A stretch of DNA of 64,000 nt from an uncultured virus (IMG/VR IMGVR_UViG_3300049846_001482) (IMGVR_UViG_3300049846_001482); one strand, 5' to 3'; positions 8,795 through 18,557 are shown, counted from the stretch's first letter. Made by a program: numbers and translations. Notes: generated by a model from the sequence alone, not told the origin.

Positions 8795-9066
8795 ACCGAT
8801 TCAAATATCTTCAAGGCGTTGAGAGGTCGCAGAAATATCCTGCCAATCCTTGGTCGAGTATTTCGGCCGGGGTAGGTATTGATGGAGTTCACATCATTGA
8901 ATATGGATTGCCGTGGAAGGGCATCACGGTCATCTATCGAAGGCACAGGACTGATGATGCAACCTATTATGTGACGCTCAATGCCTCCAAGATATCTGAG
9001 GACATGGTATCTTTTGAGGAGGCCTGTGACTGGGCTGACAAATATATGTGGGAGCATGGATTATGA
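8791..9066 (+). CDS. tag-B protein
   Basis: GTG start, MNRFKYLQGV; ends WADKYMWEHGL. Confidence 0.7.
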   Translation: MNRFKYLQGVERSQKYPANPWSSISAGVGIDGVHIIEYGLPWKGITVIYRRHRTDDATYYVTLNASKISEDMVSFEEACDWADKYMWEHGL

Positions 9067-9284
9067 ATATTTGGGATATGCACAGTGCTTCGTTGTTTGA
9101 TACAAATAAAGCATGGACTCGTGAGTATAGAGTAGCAGGGAAAGACATATCCATCGTTCATAGCAGCAATGGTTCAAGCAATCTATATTGGATCATGAGG
9201 GGTGGACGCATGCTATATGAGGCGACATCTCTTTTAGCGTCAATCCGTTGGGCCGACAAATATATTTGGGAGCATGGATTGTGA
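9063..9284 (+). CDS. untagged paralog of the preceding gene
   Basis: Ends WADKYIWEHGL. Confidence 0.65.
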   Translation: MNIWDMHSASLFDTNKAWTREYRVAGKDISIVHSSNGSSNLYWIMRGGRMLYEATSLLASIRWADKYIWEHGL

Positions 9285-9736
9285 ACCGCACCCAATATAT
9301 TTCTGGGGAGACAAACTACGAGATCAAGAAGGCGGGAACAGGTAGAGTGTCCGTCTCTCTTGCCGAGTTGGAACGTAGGGGAGATCAATTATTGAGCAGG
9401 GTTCAACAAGAGATAGACAAACAAATGTATGAGGCCGATGGAAATAGATATACCTACAAGACAAAGATCAGAGGGGATAGATTGACTTGGCATCTGACTT
9501 TTTACAAGAAGATATTCAAGGGATATACGGAGCAGAGGGTCAGGCCTGGTGGAGATTACTTGAAGACATTTTCCTACAAGCCTTTTGTCAAGAGGATGAG
9601 GGGCAAGGTCTTGTTGGAGGACGAGAAGGGTCCGTGGGTTGGCAAGAATATCTTGGTGCGGTGGGATAGGGTGGCCAAGGGTTTGAGAAAGATATCTTGG
9701 ATGAAGAGAGAGGATTTGATCTATGAACAGGTCTAG
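9281..9736 (+). CDS. tag-B protein
   Basis: GTG start, MNRTQYISGE. Confidence 0.7.
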   Translation: MNRTQYISGETNYEIKKAGTGRVSVSLAELERRGDQLLSRVQQEIDKQMYEADGNRYTYKTKIRGDRLTWHLTFYKKIFKGYTEQRVRPGGDYLKTFSYKPFVKRMRGKVLLEDEKGPWVGKNILVRWDRVAKGLRKISWMKREDLIYEQV

Positions 9737-9995
9737 ATATCTCAAAGGTGACAAGAAGGAGATATCTATTCCCTTGAGTCATTGGGAGTATAGGGACAAT
9801 AGTTTTAGGAGACCTGCGGGGCCTTTACTGGTTTATATTCTGCCTCGTAGCGTGTCGGGATTAATACGATATGGGGAGTGGCATCTCTTTGTAGCCCTTG
9901 AGGGAGCCAGGGTATTTTTGCGGGGAGCGGATACATTAGAGGAAGCTCAGGAGAGTGGAGAGAAGTGGTTGAGGGCTATTTATGAACAGGTCTAA
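9723..9995 (+). CDS. tag-B protein
   Basis: MNRSRYLKGD; resembles the 8510 gene (DTLE.AQ..G..WL). Confidence 0.7.
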   Translation: MNRSRYLKGDKKEISIPLSHWEYRDNSFRRPAGPLLVYILPRSVSGLIRYGEWHLFVALEGARVFLRGADTLEEAQESGEKWLRAIYEQV

Positions 9996-10221
9996 ATATA
10001 TTTCTGGGGTAAAGCGGCGGGCTGTCAGATATCGGCCTATTAGCAAGGGAGATCGTGTCAAAATCAAAGCGGGAACCATTAAGTTAACCGACAAATATTT
10101 CACTGAGGGTATTTGGGAGGTAGGGAGAAGGGTTCATTTAGATAGCGGCGAATATATGTTTGAGATACATCAAGACCATACGATGATGTTACTTGCTCCT
10201 TCTATGTTGGAGCGGGTCTAA
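9982..10221 (+). CDS. tag-B protein (SH3/KOW-like)
   Basis: MNRSKYISGV; paralog of the 10844 gene. Confidence 0.7.
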   Translation: MNRSKYISGVKRRAVRYRPISKGDRVKIKAGTIKLTDKYFTEGIWEVGRRVHLDSGEYMFEIHQDHTMMLLAPSMLERV

Positions 10222-10238
10222 AACGGAGGATATAAAAA

Positions 10239-10586
10239 ATGAGAAAGACAGCGCCGGTTCAATGCGGATATTGTGAGGGTAAGGGTTGGGTCCACGACTA
10301 TGATAAGGTGGATTGTCCCAGGTGTAAGGGAAAGGGAGAGATATCTGGGGAAGTCATCTATGTCATGCGGCAGGTCGAGAAGGCCACCCGTCTATTGAGG
10401 AAGAGGCGGGACAAGATATCTTCTCAGAATAAAAAGAGGGCGGATTGGTATAGGAACAAGGCCAATGCCATTGAGGCTCGTGGTCTTCGAGCCGCCGACA
10501 AGATCAATGCTCAGATAAGGATGGTGGCCTTGAAGATACGCAAGCAATATCCTGAGGTGGACATGAGTGGAGTCTACCGTGAATAG
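10239..10586 (+). CDS. DnaJ-type zinc-finger protein
   Basis: CGYCEGKG and CPRCKGKG; GGAGG RBS. Confidence 0.7.
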   Translation: MRKTAPVQCGYCEGKGWVHDYDKVDCPRCKGKGEISGEVIYVMRQVEKATRLLRKRRDKISSQNKKRADWYRNKANAIEARGLRAADKINAQIRMVALKIRKQYPEVDMSGVYRE

Positions 10587-10857
10587 GAGTAAATATATTT
10601 CTGGATATCAGAAGCCTGCTCTTGAGGATATCATTGCGCCTGGGCAGGTTTGGCGTGGCAAGTTGTGTAACGTCAAATATATGTTGATACGGATTACGAA
10701 GAAGATATCTCCTCAGGGTTGGGCTGTTGAGGAGGTCGGTGAGGATGGAAAGGCCATAGATTCAGATGTTGCTTTTCCCCGATTCATGACTGAGGCCTAC
10801 ATCAAGGAGATCTACGTCAACGATGCTTTGATGTGGGATAGATATGGAAAGGCATAA
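10579..10857 (+). CDS. tag-B protein
   Basis: GTG start, MNRSKYISGY. Confidence 0.7.
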   Translation: MNRSKYISGYQKPALEDIIAPGQVWRGKLCNVKYMLIRITKKISPQGWAVEEVGEDGKAIDSDVAFPRFMTEAYIKEIYVNDALMWDRYGKA

Positions 10858-11083
10858 ATATATCTCTGGAGCCAAGCCCAAACCTATGAGGCGTAGGCCT
10901 ATAGGTAAAGGCGATAGGGTCAAGATAAAGAAAGAAGACCTCAGGATCGCCAAGAAGTATTTTGACTTGAGCGGGGCCTGGGAAGTAAAGCGTGTGATTA
11001 GAATGGGTGGAAATAGGGTATTGGAATTGGAGCGAGGAGATAAGATGTTCTTCTGCAATCCATATATTGTGGAACGGGTATGA
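10844..11083 (+). CDS. tag-B protein (SH3/KOW-like)
   Basis: MERHKYISGA; RPIGKGDRVKIK. Confidence 0.7.
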   Translation: MERHKYISGAKPKPMRRRPIGKGDRVKIKKEDLRIAKKYFDLSGAWEVKRVIRMGGNRVLELERGDKMFFCNPYIVERV

Positions 11084-11322
11084 GGTATTGGAGTTGGCTC
11101 AAGTATTTATATCTGACGAGGCATCGGCCTAGGTATAAGGTCGGGGATATTTTGCAGCACCGAGAGAATGGAGAGTTCATTCAGTTGGTGGACTCTTTTG
11201 CCGCACCTTTCATTAAGCTTGAGCCTGGGGATATGAAGGTGGCCTATAAATATCGGGTGGGAGATAGCGAGTTCAGCATTGGAAGTGAGGGGTTGGATTT
11301 CTCTTATAGGAAGGTCCAATGA
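11080..11322 (+). CDS. hypothetical protein
   Basis: ATGA overlaps at both ends. Confidence 0.6.
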   Translation: MRYWSWLKYLYLTRHRPRYKVGDILQHRENGEFIQLVDSFAAPFIKLEPGDMKVAYKYRVGDSEFSIGSEGLDFSYRKVQ

Positions 11323-11504
11323 ACCGCTTTAAATATCTCAAAGGTCTAAAGTGGAAGAGGACTGAGGAATATAGTATTAACTTTAGCGTGATAAAGAACA
11401 AGAGTACCGATCATGTCTTTTGGATACGAGAGTCCCCGATGGATCACTCACGAATCGTCATCAAGAAGACTCCAGCGAGGGAGTTTTATTATGAGGCGAG
11501 ATAA
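11319..11504 (+). CDS. tag-B protein
   Basis: MNRFKYLKGL. Confidence 0.65.
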   Translation: MNRFKYLKGLKWKRTEEYSINFSVIKNKSTDHVFWIRESPMDHSRIVIKKTPAREFYYEAR

Positions 11505-11655
11505 ATATTTGAAGGGTGAGAAGACCAACAAGGAGCAGGCCCGCAGGAAGGCCATTGCCGCACAACTGCAGGGGTTGGCTGATAGATTGGGTCAGGGAGA
11601 GGATTACGACAAGCTAAGAAAAGAAATTGATAGGTGGAAGAATGAACCGAAGTAA
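11491..11655 (+). CDS. tag-B protein
   Basis: MRRDKYLKGE. Confidence 0.65.
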   Translation: MRRDKYLKGEKTNKEQARRKAIAAQLQGLADRLGQGEDYDKLRKEIDRWKNEPK

Positions 11656-11872
11656 ATATATTATGGGCCAAGATAATAAGCGAGCTCGTGCCTTGGTGGT
11701 GGTTCGAGCCATCAGCAGGGAGTTGGATTTTTTAGAGCAGAGTTCTCGCAATCCCTACAATCATCCCTCTCTCAATAAGATGAAGGTAGTCGTGGGCCTT
11801 AGTTTTCTCTTGGATAGTGTCTTTGAAGATACTTCGATTGGAGTGAATCCATGCAAAGAAATAAATATCTAA
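11642..11872 (+). CDS. tag-B protein
   Basis: MNRSKYIMGQ. Confidence 0.65.
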   Translation: MNRSKYIMGQDNKRARALVVVRAISRELDFLEQSSRNPYNHPSLNKMKVVVGLSFLLDSVFEDTSIGVNPCKEINI

Positions 11873-12024
11873 GGGGTGAGAAGACTGACTTTGAGGGACT
11901 TCGCAAAGCATCCCAAGAGGAATATGAAAAGGCATTGGCTAAGATGGTCGAAGAGAATAAGGTGATGGCAAGTCCTCACTATGACACCTTTGGTCGGATG
12001 GGGTTGATTCATGAACCGAAGTAA
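11851..12024 (+). CDS. tag-B protein (57 aa, not in ORF track)
   Basis: Hand translation MQRNKYLRGEKTDF...IHEPK*. Confidence 0.6.
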   Translation: MQRNKYLRGEKTDFEGLRKASQEEYEKALAKMVEENKVMASPHYDTFGRMGLIHEPK

Positions 12025-12310
12025 ATACATCTCTGGATATCGTAAGCCTGTGTTGCCTGATCCGCTCCCAGACTTTGTTGTGGGTGATCGGGTTGTCTTC
12101 AAGCGGGATATTTGGAATGGGTTTGACTGGGCTGCGTTCATTGGATATTCTCAGCCGCCGACTTTTAGGACTAGGGGTATCGTTGTCAATGCCAGCACTT
12201 CTATTATTTATGTTCGGTGGGAGGAGTATGTGCCGACATCGGGGCGGGGAACACTCTTTGAATATGTCAAGACTGAGGATGTCGAGAGGATAATTCCGGA
12301 GAAGGCTTAA
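12011..12310 (+). CDS. tag-B protein (SH3-like)
   Basis: MNRSKYISGY. Confidence 0.7.
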   Translation: MNRSKYISGYRKPVLPDPLPDFVVGDRVVFKRDIWNGFDWAAFIGYSQPPTFRTRGIVVNASTSIIYVRWEEYVPTSGRGTLFEYVKTEDVERIIPEKA

Positions 12311-12338
12311 TGCGTCCCGATATCTTTGAGGTCGTGGA

Positions 12339-12644
12339 ATGAACCGGAGCAAGTTCCTCTCTGGATATGTAGCCCCAAAGGCGCAGCCTATCTATAAGAC
12401 TGTCTATGCTGGGGAGAAATATATTCAGAAGGACATTGGAGCTTTGGATGTTGCTGGGCGGCCTGTCAAGCGTCAGGTGGTCACAATAAAGTCGTGGCAT
12501 CCCTCAGAGCAGCCGACCAATGTATTTCATCCAGATGGAAATACGGATCCCTACTTCTCTTATTTCAAGGTAGAAGAGAACGATAATGTAAAGTATTGGG
12601 CTGACAAGTTCATTGAAAATTGGGAACTCTATGAAGAGAAGTGA
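12339..12644 (+). CDS. tag-B protein
   Basis: MNRSKFLSGY. Confidence 0.7.
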   Translation: MNRSKFLSGYVAPKAQPIYKTVYAGEKYIQKDIGALDVAGRPVKRQVVTIKSWHPSEQPTNVFHPDGNTDPYFSYFKVEENDNVKYWADKFIENWELYEEK

Positions 12645-12969
12645 TTACATTTCAGGTGCACCCTCAAAACCCATGCCACCCAGACCTCTTGAGATCTGGA
12701 AGAGCAAGAATGGATTTGTGGTTGTTGTCAGGAATACTGAGAGGGGAGTCAAGGTAAGGTTCATTGAATGGGACAAGGAGAAGAAGAGGTATGTTTATCC
12801 TTTCCTTCCCACCATTGATGGCAGACATCCAGACATCAACAGATATATCCACCTAGATAAGTTCGGTGGCTATCAGTATGTTGAGAGCGTTAAGATGTTA
12901 GCTTCGCTGGAGCGTAAGTTGCCACCAGAGCCGGTGTTCTCATTTGGATATGGATATGAACAGGGCTGA
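12631..12969 (+). CDS. tag-B protein
   Basis: MKRSDYISGA. Confidence 0.7.
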   Translation: MKRSDYISGAPSKPMPPRPLEIWKSKNGFVVVVRNTERGVKVRFIEWDKEKKRYVYPFLPTIDGRHPDINRYIHLDKFGGYQYVESVKMLASLERKLPPEPVFSFGYGYEQG

Positions 12970-13240
12970 TTATGTATCTGGTAAACCAATGCCCAAGTTA
13001 GAGGTTGGGGCTAGGGTTAAGTTAAGTCGTGACCTGATCATGAAGATGCACAAGGGACCACAGAAATTTCTACCAGACCAAGAGGAAGAGTGGTTAAGAC
13101 AGATTTTGGATATGCGAGGGGTTGTTTTGAAGATAAACGAACAAGATAGGGTCAAGGTAGCTGCAAATATTCAATGGACTTACGAGGGTAGGTCTTGGGC
13201 AAATAGCTATTACATTGAAGACTTGGAATTGGTGCCTTAG
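12956..13240 (+). CDS. tag-B protein (SH3-like)
   Basis: MNRADYVSGK. Confidence 0.7.
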   Translation: MNRADYVSGKPMPKLEVGARVKLSRDLIMKMHKGPQKFLPDQEEEWLRQILDMRGVVLKINEQDRVKVAANIQWTYEGRSWANSYYIEDLELVP

Positions 13241-13248
13241 GAGGATTT

Positions 13249-13389
13249 ATGAACCCGTTGGAGAAGATTGCTTTTGAGTTGAATGGTGGATGGCCTGCCT
13301 TGATCGGCATGTGGGTAGCTTCTGCCATCAAATATCTAGCAATAGGTTTTCTGTTTGGATTGGGATTGAGGTGGGCGTTCTATCTATGA
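13249..13389 (+). CDS. 46-aa membrane protein
   Basis: AGGAGG RBS; hydrophobic; ATGA overlap with 13386. Confidence 0.55.
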   Translation: MNPLEKIAFELNGGWPALIGMWVASAIKYLAIGFLFGLGLRWAFYL

Positions 13390-13727
13390 ATAGATTTAGG
13401 TATCTCAAAGGTGACAAGGTAGAGAGTGTCATCAAGGAGTTCCCGATAGTCAACAATGTTATCGAGGTCTCTACTATGAATGATCTGGAGGAAGCCGCCA
13501 GATTCATCAGGTATAGATTTGGGAGCAATGAGATTTATCCTGCAGATGAGACGAGGGATATAAGCAATCTTCGTTATGGGTGGGTTTTTGATGGAGGAGA
13601 GCAAGTCATTCAGGTGACTGCCAAGATGCTTCTGTTGAATAAAGATATGAGTGAGGAAGATAGGAATAGATATTTCAGGAGCGAAAGAGGAAAGATGGCT
13701 TATGCAGCCCATCTTCTGACTTGTTAG
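13386..13727 (+). CDS. tag-B protein
   Basis: MNRFRYLKGD. Confidence 0.7.
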   Translation: MNRFRYLKGDKVESVIKEFPIVNNVIEVSTMNDLEEAARFIRYRFGSNEIYPADETRDISNLRYGWVFDGGEQVIQVTAKMLLLNKDMSEEDRNRYFRSERGKMAYAAHLLTC

Positions 13728-14101
13728 CGCTTCTTTATTACTTTTGGAATCTGAAACTTAGCCCAGTGTACCGAAGCATGAGTTGGGTCGTAGTTTTCTG
13801 GTAAAGGTATCTGGTTGACCAATCCTAGTTTCAAGCAATCTTGAACCAGACGACGTACCGTGGTATGAGGGTTTGTGCTTCCTATGCTGCACTGAATCTC
13901 CCAAGCATTAGGAACCCTCTTTATGTCGAAGCCTTTGAACGGGGCAAGATACTTCTCGTCGATATCAAATTCTACACCAGCCCTATATTTTGGATCAAGG
14001 GAAAAGATACCCTGTACCTGTGTGGGAGTTGAATAGATGTTCAACTGCCAAGGGGCTTTTTTAAATGCCGAAAGAAGATCTGCTTGTCTGTAAGATATCA
14101 T
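13724..14101 (-). CDS. tag-A protein
   Basis: MISYRQADLLSAF. Confidence 0.8.
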   Translation of the reverse strand: MISYRQADLLSAFKKAPWQLNIYSTPTQVQGIFSLDPKYRAGVEFDIDEKYLAPFKGFDIKRVPNAWEIQCSIGSTNPHTTVRRLVQDCLKLGLVNQIPLPENYDPTHASVHWAKFQIPKVIKKR

Positions 14102-14874
14102 GGTTTGGCCTCGAACTCTATCAGGCGAACAGAGCCGCCGTTCTCGTGGTATATCTCATCCTTCATAAGTTGGCAACCATTTATTGATTGACGAAGATAG
14201 TCCCTCAACTCATCTATGCTACTGGTGTCACCCATATTGGGAAACTGTATGTAGCTGCTTGTATTGTGAAGGGATGCCCAAGGTGACTGTGGGAAGTAGC
14301 TGTAGGCATAGCTGGGAATGATTTCCTCTATCCTACGTCTTATGATTGGGCTGTAAGTTTCCAAGAACCGATTGCTCTCAGAATAGAGTTTGACATGGTT
14401 GCTTCGCATATTGACGTGTTGAAAGAGGACGAGCCAGAACTTCACCCTTTCTTTATCGTTAAGGGTATTGAGTAGGTCGGCCTTCTTCTTGAAGGTTCGG
14501 CCGGTGAGGTGGTAGGAGAGACATTTTGAGTTGCTTCGCTTGTCAACGTTGATAGATTTCTGAACGCTCGATGCTTGTATCTGGCGGGACACCTGAGTAA
14601 CGATGTGGTTTATATCTATCTTGTCCTGATCATTGAAGCGGAAGTTGCTGCCGCTTGGAATAAGTCTGGTATTGAACTTTTGGTTGTCCAATTGAACGTC
14701 AAAATTATGAGCCAACTGCATGATAGGTGGCGTCAAGATATCTTGTATGAGATAGCGGGCATCTTCACAGAAAATAGTTAACTTTAGTTTGTCATGATAG
14801 ACATAGAAAGCCAGCCATATCTCAATGGGTGGGTTAAAGGTATTGAGTAGGTCGGCTTGTCTGAAAGATATCAT
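14098..14874 (-). CDS. tag-A protein, two units
   Basis: MISFRQADLLNTF plus internal KKKADLLNTLN. Confidence 0.8.
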   Translation of the reverse strand: MISFRQADLLNTFNPPIEIWLAFYVYHDKLKLTIFCEDARYLIQDILTPPIMQLAHNFDVQLDNQKFNTRLIPSGSNFRFNDQDKIDINHIVTQVSRQIQASSVQKSINVDKRSNSKCLSYHLTGRTFKKKADLLNTLNDKERVKFWLVLFQHVNMRSNHVKLYSESNRFLETYSPIIRRRIEEIIPSYAYSYFPQSPWASLHNTSSYIQFPNMGDTSSIDELRDYLRQSINGCQLMKDEIYHENGGSVRLIEFEAKP

Positions 14875-15269
14875 GGTCTCTCGCTCAAGAGCAGTCCTTG
14901 TTCATGCTCATCATTGACGTAGTAGTGAACTGGGTCGTAGGTCTTTAGGTCAGCGGGTCTAAAGTCAGATGAGGATATCAAGAAGTTGCCTTCGTCATCG
15001 ATGCCCCAAAAATATCCCACGAACTTATATTTTCTATCCCAGACCTGAGGGTGTTTCCTGAGGATAGAATCTGGGTTGTAGATAACAAAGCCTTCGGGTC
15101 TTTTGAATATATCACATCCGAATACTTCGTGCTTGCTATCATCGTAGTGAATCTCTCTAGTCTTTGGGTCGTAGATCTTCTTAGACATAGGTCTAGGATC
15201 GTAGACATAGAAAGCCGGTGAGGGCTCATTGAAGGTATTGAGAAGGTCCGCTTGTCTGTGGGAGATCAT
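14871..15269 (-). CDS. tag-A protein
   Basis: MISHRQADLLNTF. Confidence 0.8.
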   Translation of the reverse strand: MISHRQADLLNTFNEPSPAFYVYDPRPMSKKIYDPKTREIHYDDSKHEVFGCDIFKRPEGFVIYNPDSILRKHPQVWDRKYKFVGYFWGIDDEGNFLISSSDFRPADLKTYDPVHYYVNDEHEQGLLLSERP

Positions 15270-15508
15270 TTATTCACCAGCCTCACTTCGTCTTCTGACT
15301 CATAGAATATTTCGTATTTGTCTCGCATCCACTTGGAGCCTTTCGATTTAGGGTCTCCCTTGGATATAAAGTATTCAGGAGTTACCTCAACAATAGTTCC
15401 AGAGTGACCCATCCTCTCACCGGCCGAAGGGGCATAGTAAAGAGTTTTGCCGACGAGGCTATCGTCTTTTATCTTGTCAAGAAGGTCTGCTTGTCTGAAA
15501 GATATCAT
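15266..15508 (-). CDS. tag-A protein
   Basis: MISFRQADLLDKI. Confidence 0.8.
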   Translation of the reverse strand: MISFRQADLLDKIKDDSLVGKTLYYAPSAGERMGHSGTIVEVTPEYFISKGDPKSKGSKWMRDKYEIFYESEDEVRLVNK

Positions 15509-16230
15509 TTGAACCACACCGTCATGGTCATCCTATCGTTAGATATGTTGTGTCCTATTGAATCTCTAACCGAAACAACTCTTGGATCTCCAAAGTTCTT
15601 CAATCTCTGTGCAACGCTCATAACAACATCAGTAGGTCTGGAGAAGGTATTGTAGGACCAGATGCCATAGTCATCGTTGTAGAATCCCATGACACCAGTG
15701 CAGCTCTTGATAATATCTAGGAGGTCTTCTCCCTTTTGAGCAATGGCTGCAGAGATGGATATGGACCTATCTTCTGGTTTATATCCAATCATCTGAACCT
15801 TGTCGTCCTCAAAGCGAAAGAGGACATCAAATGGCATGGCAACGTCTTGGTTGAGGGTGTTGAGTAGATCTGCCTTCCTCAAGTTTTTCATCTGCCTGTG
15901 TTTGAACATCTCTTTCTGTTGTTCGGTCTTGAAGGGATAGACATAGATTCGGTTGGGGTTGTTTGCATCATCGCTCACAAACAATGCTCCTGGATACATG
16001 GCCCTTATATCTTTAGCAGCATAGACATCATAGCCCTTTCCGTTTCTGTAGACGATAACCTTTATGTCTGGGAAGCCGTCTGGGCCAGTGAACCAGTACC
16101 AATCGCCATTTAGGTTGACACCTTCCTCTGGTGTAGCCTTTGAGCCACGGATATAGGTGTGGGGCTGAGGAAGATAGTCCTCCTCATGGGTCAATGTATT
16201 CAAGAGATCTGCGTGTCTGTAAGATATCAT
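15505..16230 (-). CDS. tag-A protein, two units
   Basis: MISYRHADLLNTL plus internal LRKADLLNTLN. Confidence 0.8.
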   Translation of the reverse strand: MISYRHADLLNTLTHEEDYLPQPHTYIRGSKATPEEGVNLNGDWYWFTGPDGFPDIKVIVYRNGKGYDVYAAKDIRAMYPGALFVSDDANNPNRIYVYPFKTEQQKEMFKHRQMKNLRKADLLNTLNQDVAMPFDVLFRFEDDKVQMIGYKPEDRSISISAAIAQKGEDLLDIIKSCTGVMGFYNDDYGIWSYNTFSRPTDVVMSVAQRLKNFGDPRVVSVRDSIGHNISNDRMTMTVWFK

Positions 16231-16571
16231 GAGGGTGGGTAGACCGTTCTATTATAGTTGATCCATTTGTCATGGATATCTTTGGCAGACTTCAAGCTCG
16301 TCACGTTGTCTCCCTCTTGAGAAACCCAGTACATGAACATCTTACGCATTTCAGGTGGCACGATCTCATAGTTGTGGGTTATGTTTGCAGGCAAAGCAAG
16401 TCCACCTATTTCATTCATGGGTATTTCCGTCTCATGTCCGACCATCTCTCTGATCAAACGAACAAGAGCAACCTTGCTTTCTCTAAGACCCCTAAGGTAG
16501 TTCCATAGTGGTTCATAGACTTGATCCTCTCGAAAGCTGTTCATGAGGTCTGCTTGTCTGTAAGATATCAT
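16227..16571 (-). CDS. tag-A protein
   Basis: MISYRQADLMNSF. Confidence 0.8.
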   Translation of the reverse strand: MISYRQADLMNSFREDQVYEPLWNYLRGLRESKVALVRLIREMVGHETEIPMNEIGGLALPANITHNYEIVPPEMRKMFMYWVSQEGDNVTSLKSAKDIHDKWINYNRTVYPPS

Positions 16572-16975
16572 GAGTAGTAACACTCCACAACGAATGCTCT
16601 TCCTTTTTCGCCCACATAATTCGATGTATGTCCTTCCACTTTTTTAATGGCTTTAGACTTCAACAAGTCTGACATGACTCTGTTGACTAAACTAAAGGCT
16701 GTGGACTTGCTTTCGATTGAAGACAGACTTGCCGTTGCTCCTGCTGGGATATCTCTCTCAGGGGCAAATCCATGAGGGTTGGTTAGAATGGAATTAAATG
16801 ACCTCAACTCTGATGAACCAGACATCTGAGATACCACCATCTCCATGTCATCATTCAGGGATGGGTCATAGCAGATGGCCACATGATAACCAGCAGGATC
16901 GGTGAAGAAGACGAAGAATATTGATCCGCCGCCTTTCAATGTATCCAGTAGGTCTGCTTGTCTGTAAGATATCAT
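16568..16975 (-). CDS. tag-A protein
   Basis: MISYRQADLLDTL. Confidence 0.8.
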   Translation of the reverse strand: MISYRQADLLDTLKGGGSIFFVFFTDPAGYHVAICYDPSLNDDMEMVVSQMSGSSELRSFNSILTNPHGFAPERDIPAGATASLSSIESKSTAFSLVNRVMSDLLKSKAIKKVEGHTSNYVGEKGRAFVVECYYS

Positions 16976-17367
16976 CTGAGCATGAGTCCTGGTTTTGCTG
17001 CGACCAACTGATATTTCTCTAGAGGGAAGGTTTTCTTTTGGGTGACAGCAATACCCATATCGATAGAGATGAGTTGTCCCATATGTTCTGATCCTATGAT
17101 GACTTCTTCACCGATGAGATTGGGGACTTTGGGATTCCAAAATATAGCTTTGCCGTCTCTCACGCCAAGTAGTTTGCCAACCTCTTCGTCGAAGTCCTCG
17201 TTCTCATATTGGAGTGATACAAAATCCTTGCCTCCAACCGTAAAGTATCTTGTGATGAGTGGAAGGGATTGGTTTCTGCCATAGGAAGGCACCAACACAA
17301 ATAGTTTACCGACAGGATTTTGGTCCTTGACTGTTTGAAGAAGGTCGGCTTGTCTGTACGAAATCAT
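16972..17367 (-). CDS. tag-A protein
   Basis: MISYRQADLLQTV. Confidence 0.8.
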   Translation of the reverse strand: MISYRQADLLQTVKDQNPVGKLFVLVPSYGRNQSLPLITRYFTVGGKDFVSLQYENEDFDEEVGKLLGVRDGKAIFWNPKVPNLIGEEVIIGSEHMGQLISIDMGIAVTQKKTFPLEKYQLVAAKPGLMLR

Positions 17368-17630
17368 AGTCGCCTCAAGAGAGCATCGAGAGTGTCATCT
17401 TCATCTCTGATGTTCAAATACTTCTTACGCTCTTCTTCTGTAGACTTCTCCCACATACCTTCCAAGATGATCTCCTCAACCCTTCTAGGAATATCCATTG
17501 CCGAGCCATGAGGATCTGACAACTCAATGGTATTCTGAGCCATAGGAATGAATCGCTCAAGGTATGCTTTGAAGGTAGCATCCTCGAAGGCTGGCAAAAG
17601 GTCGGCTTGTCTGTAGGAAAGTAGGCTCAT
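17364..17630 (-). CDS. tag-A protein, first gene of the array
   Basis: MSLLSYRQADLLPAF. Confidence 0.8.
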   Translation of the reverse strand: MSLLSYRQADLLPAFEDATFKAYLERFIPMAQNTIELSDPHGSAMDIPRRVEEIILEGMWEKSTEEERKKYLNIRDEDDTLDALLRRL

Positions 17631-17634
17631 AATG

Positions 17635-17653
17635 TATTACTAAAATATAAAAG
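17635..17653 (-). promoter_or_regulatory. putative phage (late) promoter motif
   Basis: CTTTTATA-TTTTA-GTAATA 4 nt before the ATG. Confidence 0.7.
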
Positions 17654-17693
17654 AGGCCCTTATGGTGAAAGTATCACTACTTGTAAAAGTTGC

Positions 17694-17722
17694 TTGACAG
17701 CAATGCTTGGATAATGGAGTAT
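17694..17722 (+). promoter_or_regulatory. sigma70-like promoter
   Basis: TTGACA-17-GAGTAT; TGGATAAT also present. Confidence 0.45.
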
Positions 17723-17753
17723 ATTGACGGGCAAAACTTTCTTGAGGTGTGGA

Positions 17754-17924
17754 ATGAAGAAGTTCTGGCTTGTGATTGTCCTTTACATCGTTTGGTGTGG
17801 TTTTTCTGGCTACGTTGCCGGTAAAATCAGTCCGCTTGTTCTCTTGCCGGTGGTTATTGGCAACGGGATGCTAGGAAAGCCTGTTGCACGATTGGCACAT
17901 AAACAAACAGGAGAAGCCCAATGA
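17754..17924 (+). CDS. small membrane protein
   Basis: MKKFWLVIVL; GAGGT RBS. Confidence 0.6.
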   Translation: MKKFWLVIVLYIVWCGFSGYVAGKISPLVLLPVVIGNGMLGKPVARLAHKQTGEAQ

Positions 17925-18214
17925 GAAAGTACATCACGGATTTCAAGAACGAAGATGAGTTCTGGAAGGAAGCGGAGTCTCCTGCGGGTCGTAAGGCCGT
18001 CATGATCAAAGACGGGGCCACTAGTCAGATGAAGTTGGACAAGGGTCTTGAGTTGACCATGACTGGTTACTTTGTCAGTGCCGAGCCTGTGTGGGGTGGT
18101 CTCTTGAATCCTCGCCTTTACTTCGACACCGAGAAGTTCTCTGTGTCGATTGAGGCATCTCCCAAGTTCCACTTCTTCACCGACATCAGATCAGAGTTCT
18201 TTGAGTTCAAATAA
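17921..18214 (+). CDS. hypothetical protein
   Basis: AGGAG RBS; ATGA overlap. Confidence 0.65.
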   Translation: MRKYITDFKNEDEFWKEAESPAGRKAVMIKDGATSQMKLDKGLELTMTGYFVSAEPVWGGLLNPRLYFDTEKFSVSIEASPKFHFFTDIRSEFFEFK

Positions 18215-18227
18215 ACAGGAGGATCAA

Positions 18228-18557
18228 GTGAGGTTAAAGGCAGAGGAAAAGTTCAATCTTGCGGTTGTGACCTTGATCATATTGGGCGCTGTAGGTCTGT
18301 GGTACTCATCACAAAGAGCATATGAGACGCAGTGGAGTAGTTGGCCAAAATACTATCTGCAATGGGAGCCAAGTGGAAGGCAGGCTCAGGTTATCCCAGC
18401 CTATCAGCGTGAAGGCTGCATTGTCATTGGTGACATCAGAACCTCTCTTGGCGATGGACTCCTGACAGTTTCAACCTACGAGAAGGGGAGAGTCTTTAAG
18501 TGTGAGACAAAAGATTCTCCCTGCTTTGAAGTAGCCCTTTGTGAAAGAGTCAAGTGA
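18228..18557 (+). CDS. membrane-anchored hypothetical protein
   Basis: AGGAGG RBS before GTG; N-terminal TM helix. Confidence 0.6.
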   Translation: MRLKAEEKFNLAVVTLIILGAVGLWYSSQRAYETQWSSWPKYYLQWEPSGRQAQVIPAYQREGCIVIGDIRTSLGDGLLTVSTYEKGRVFKCETKDSPCFEVALCERVK

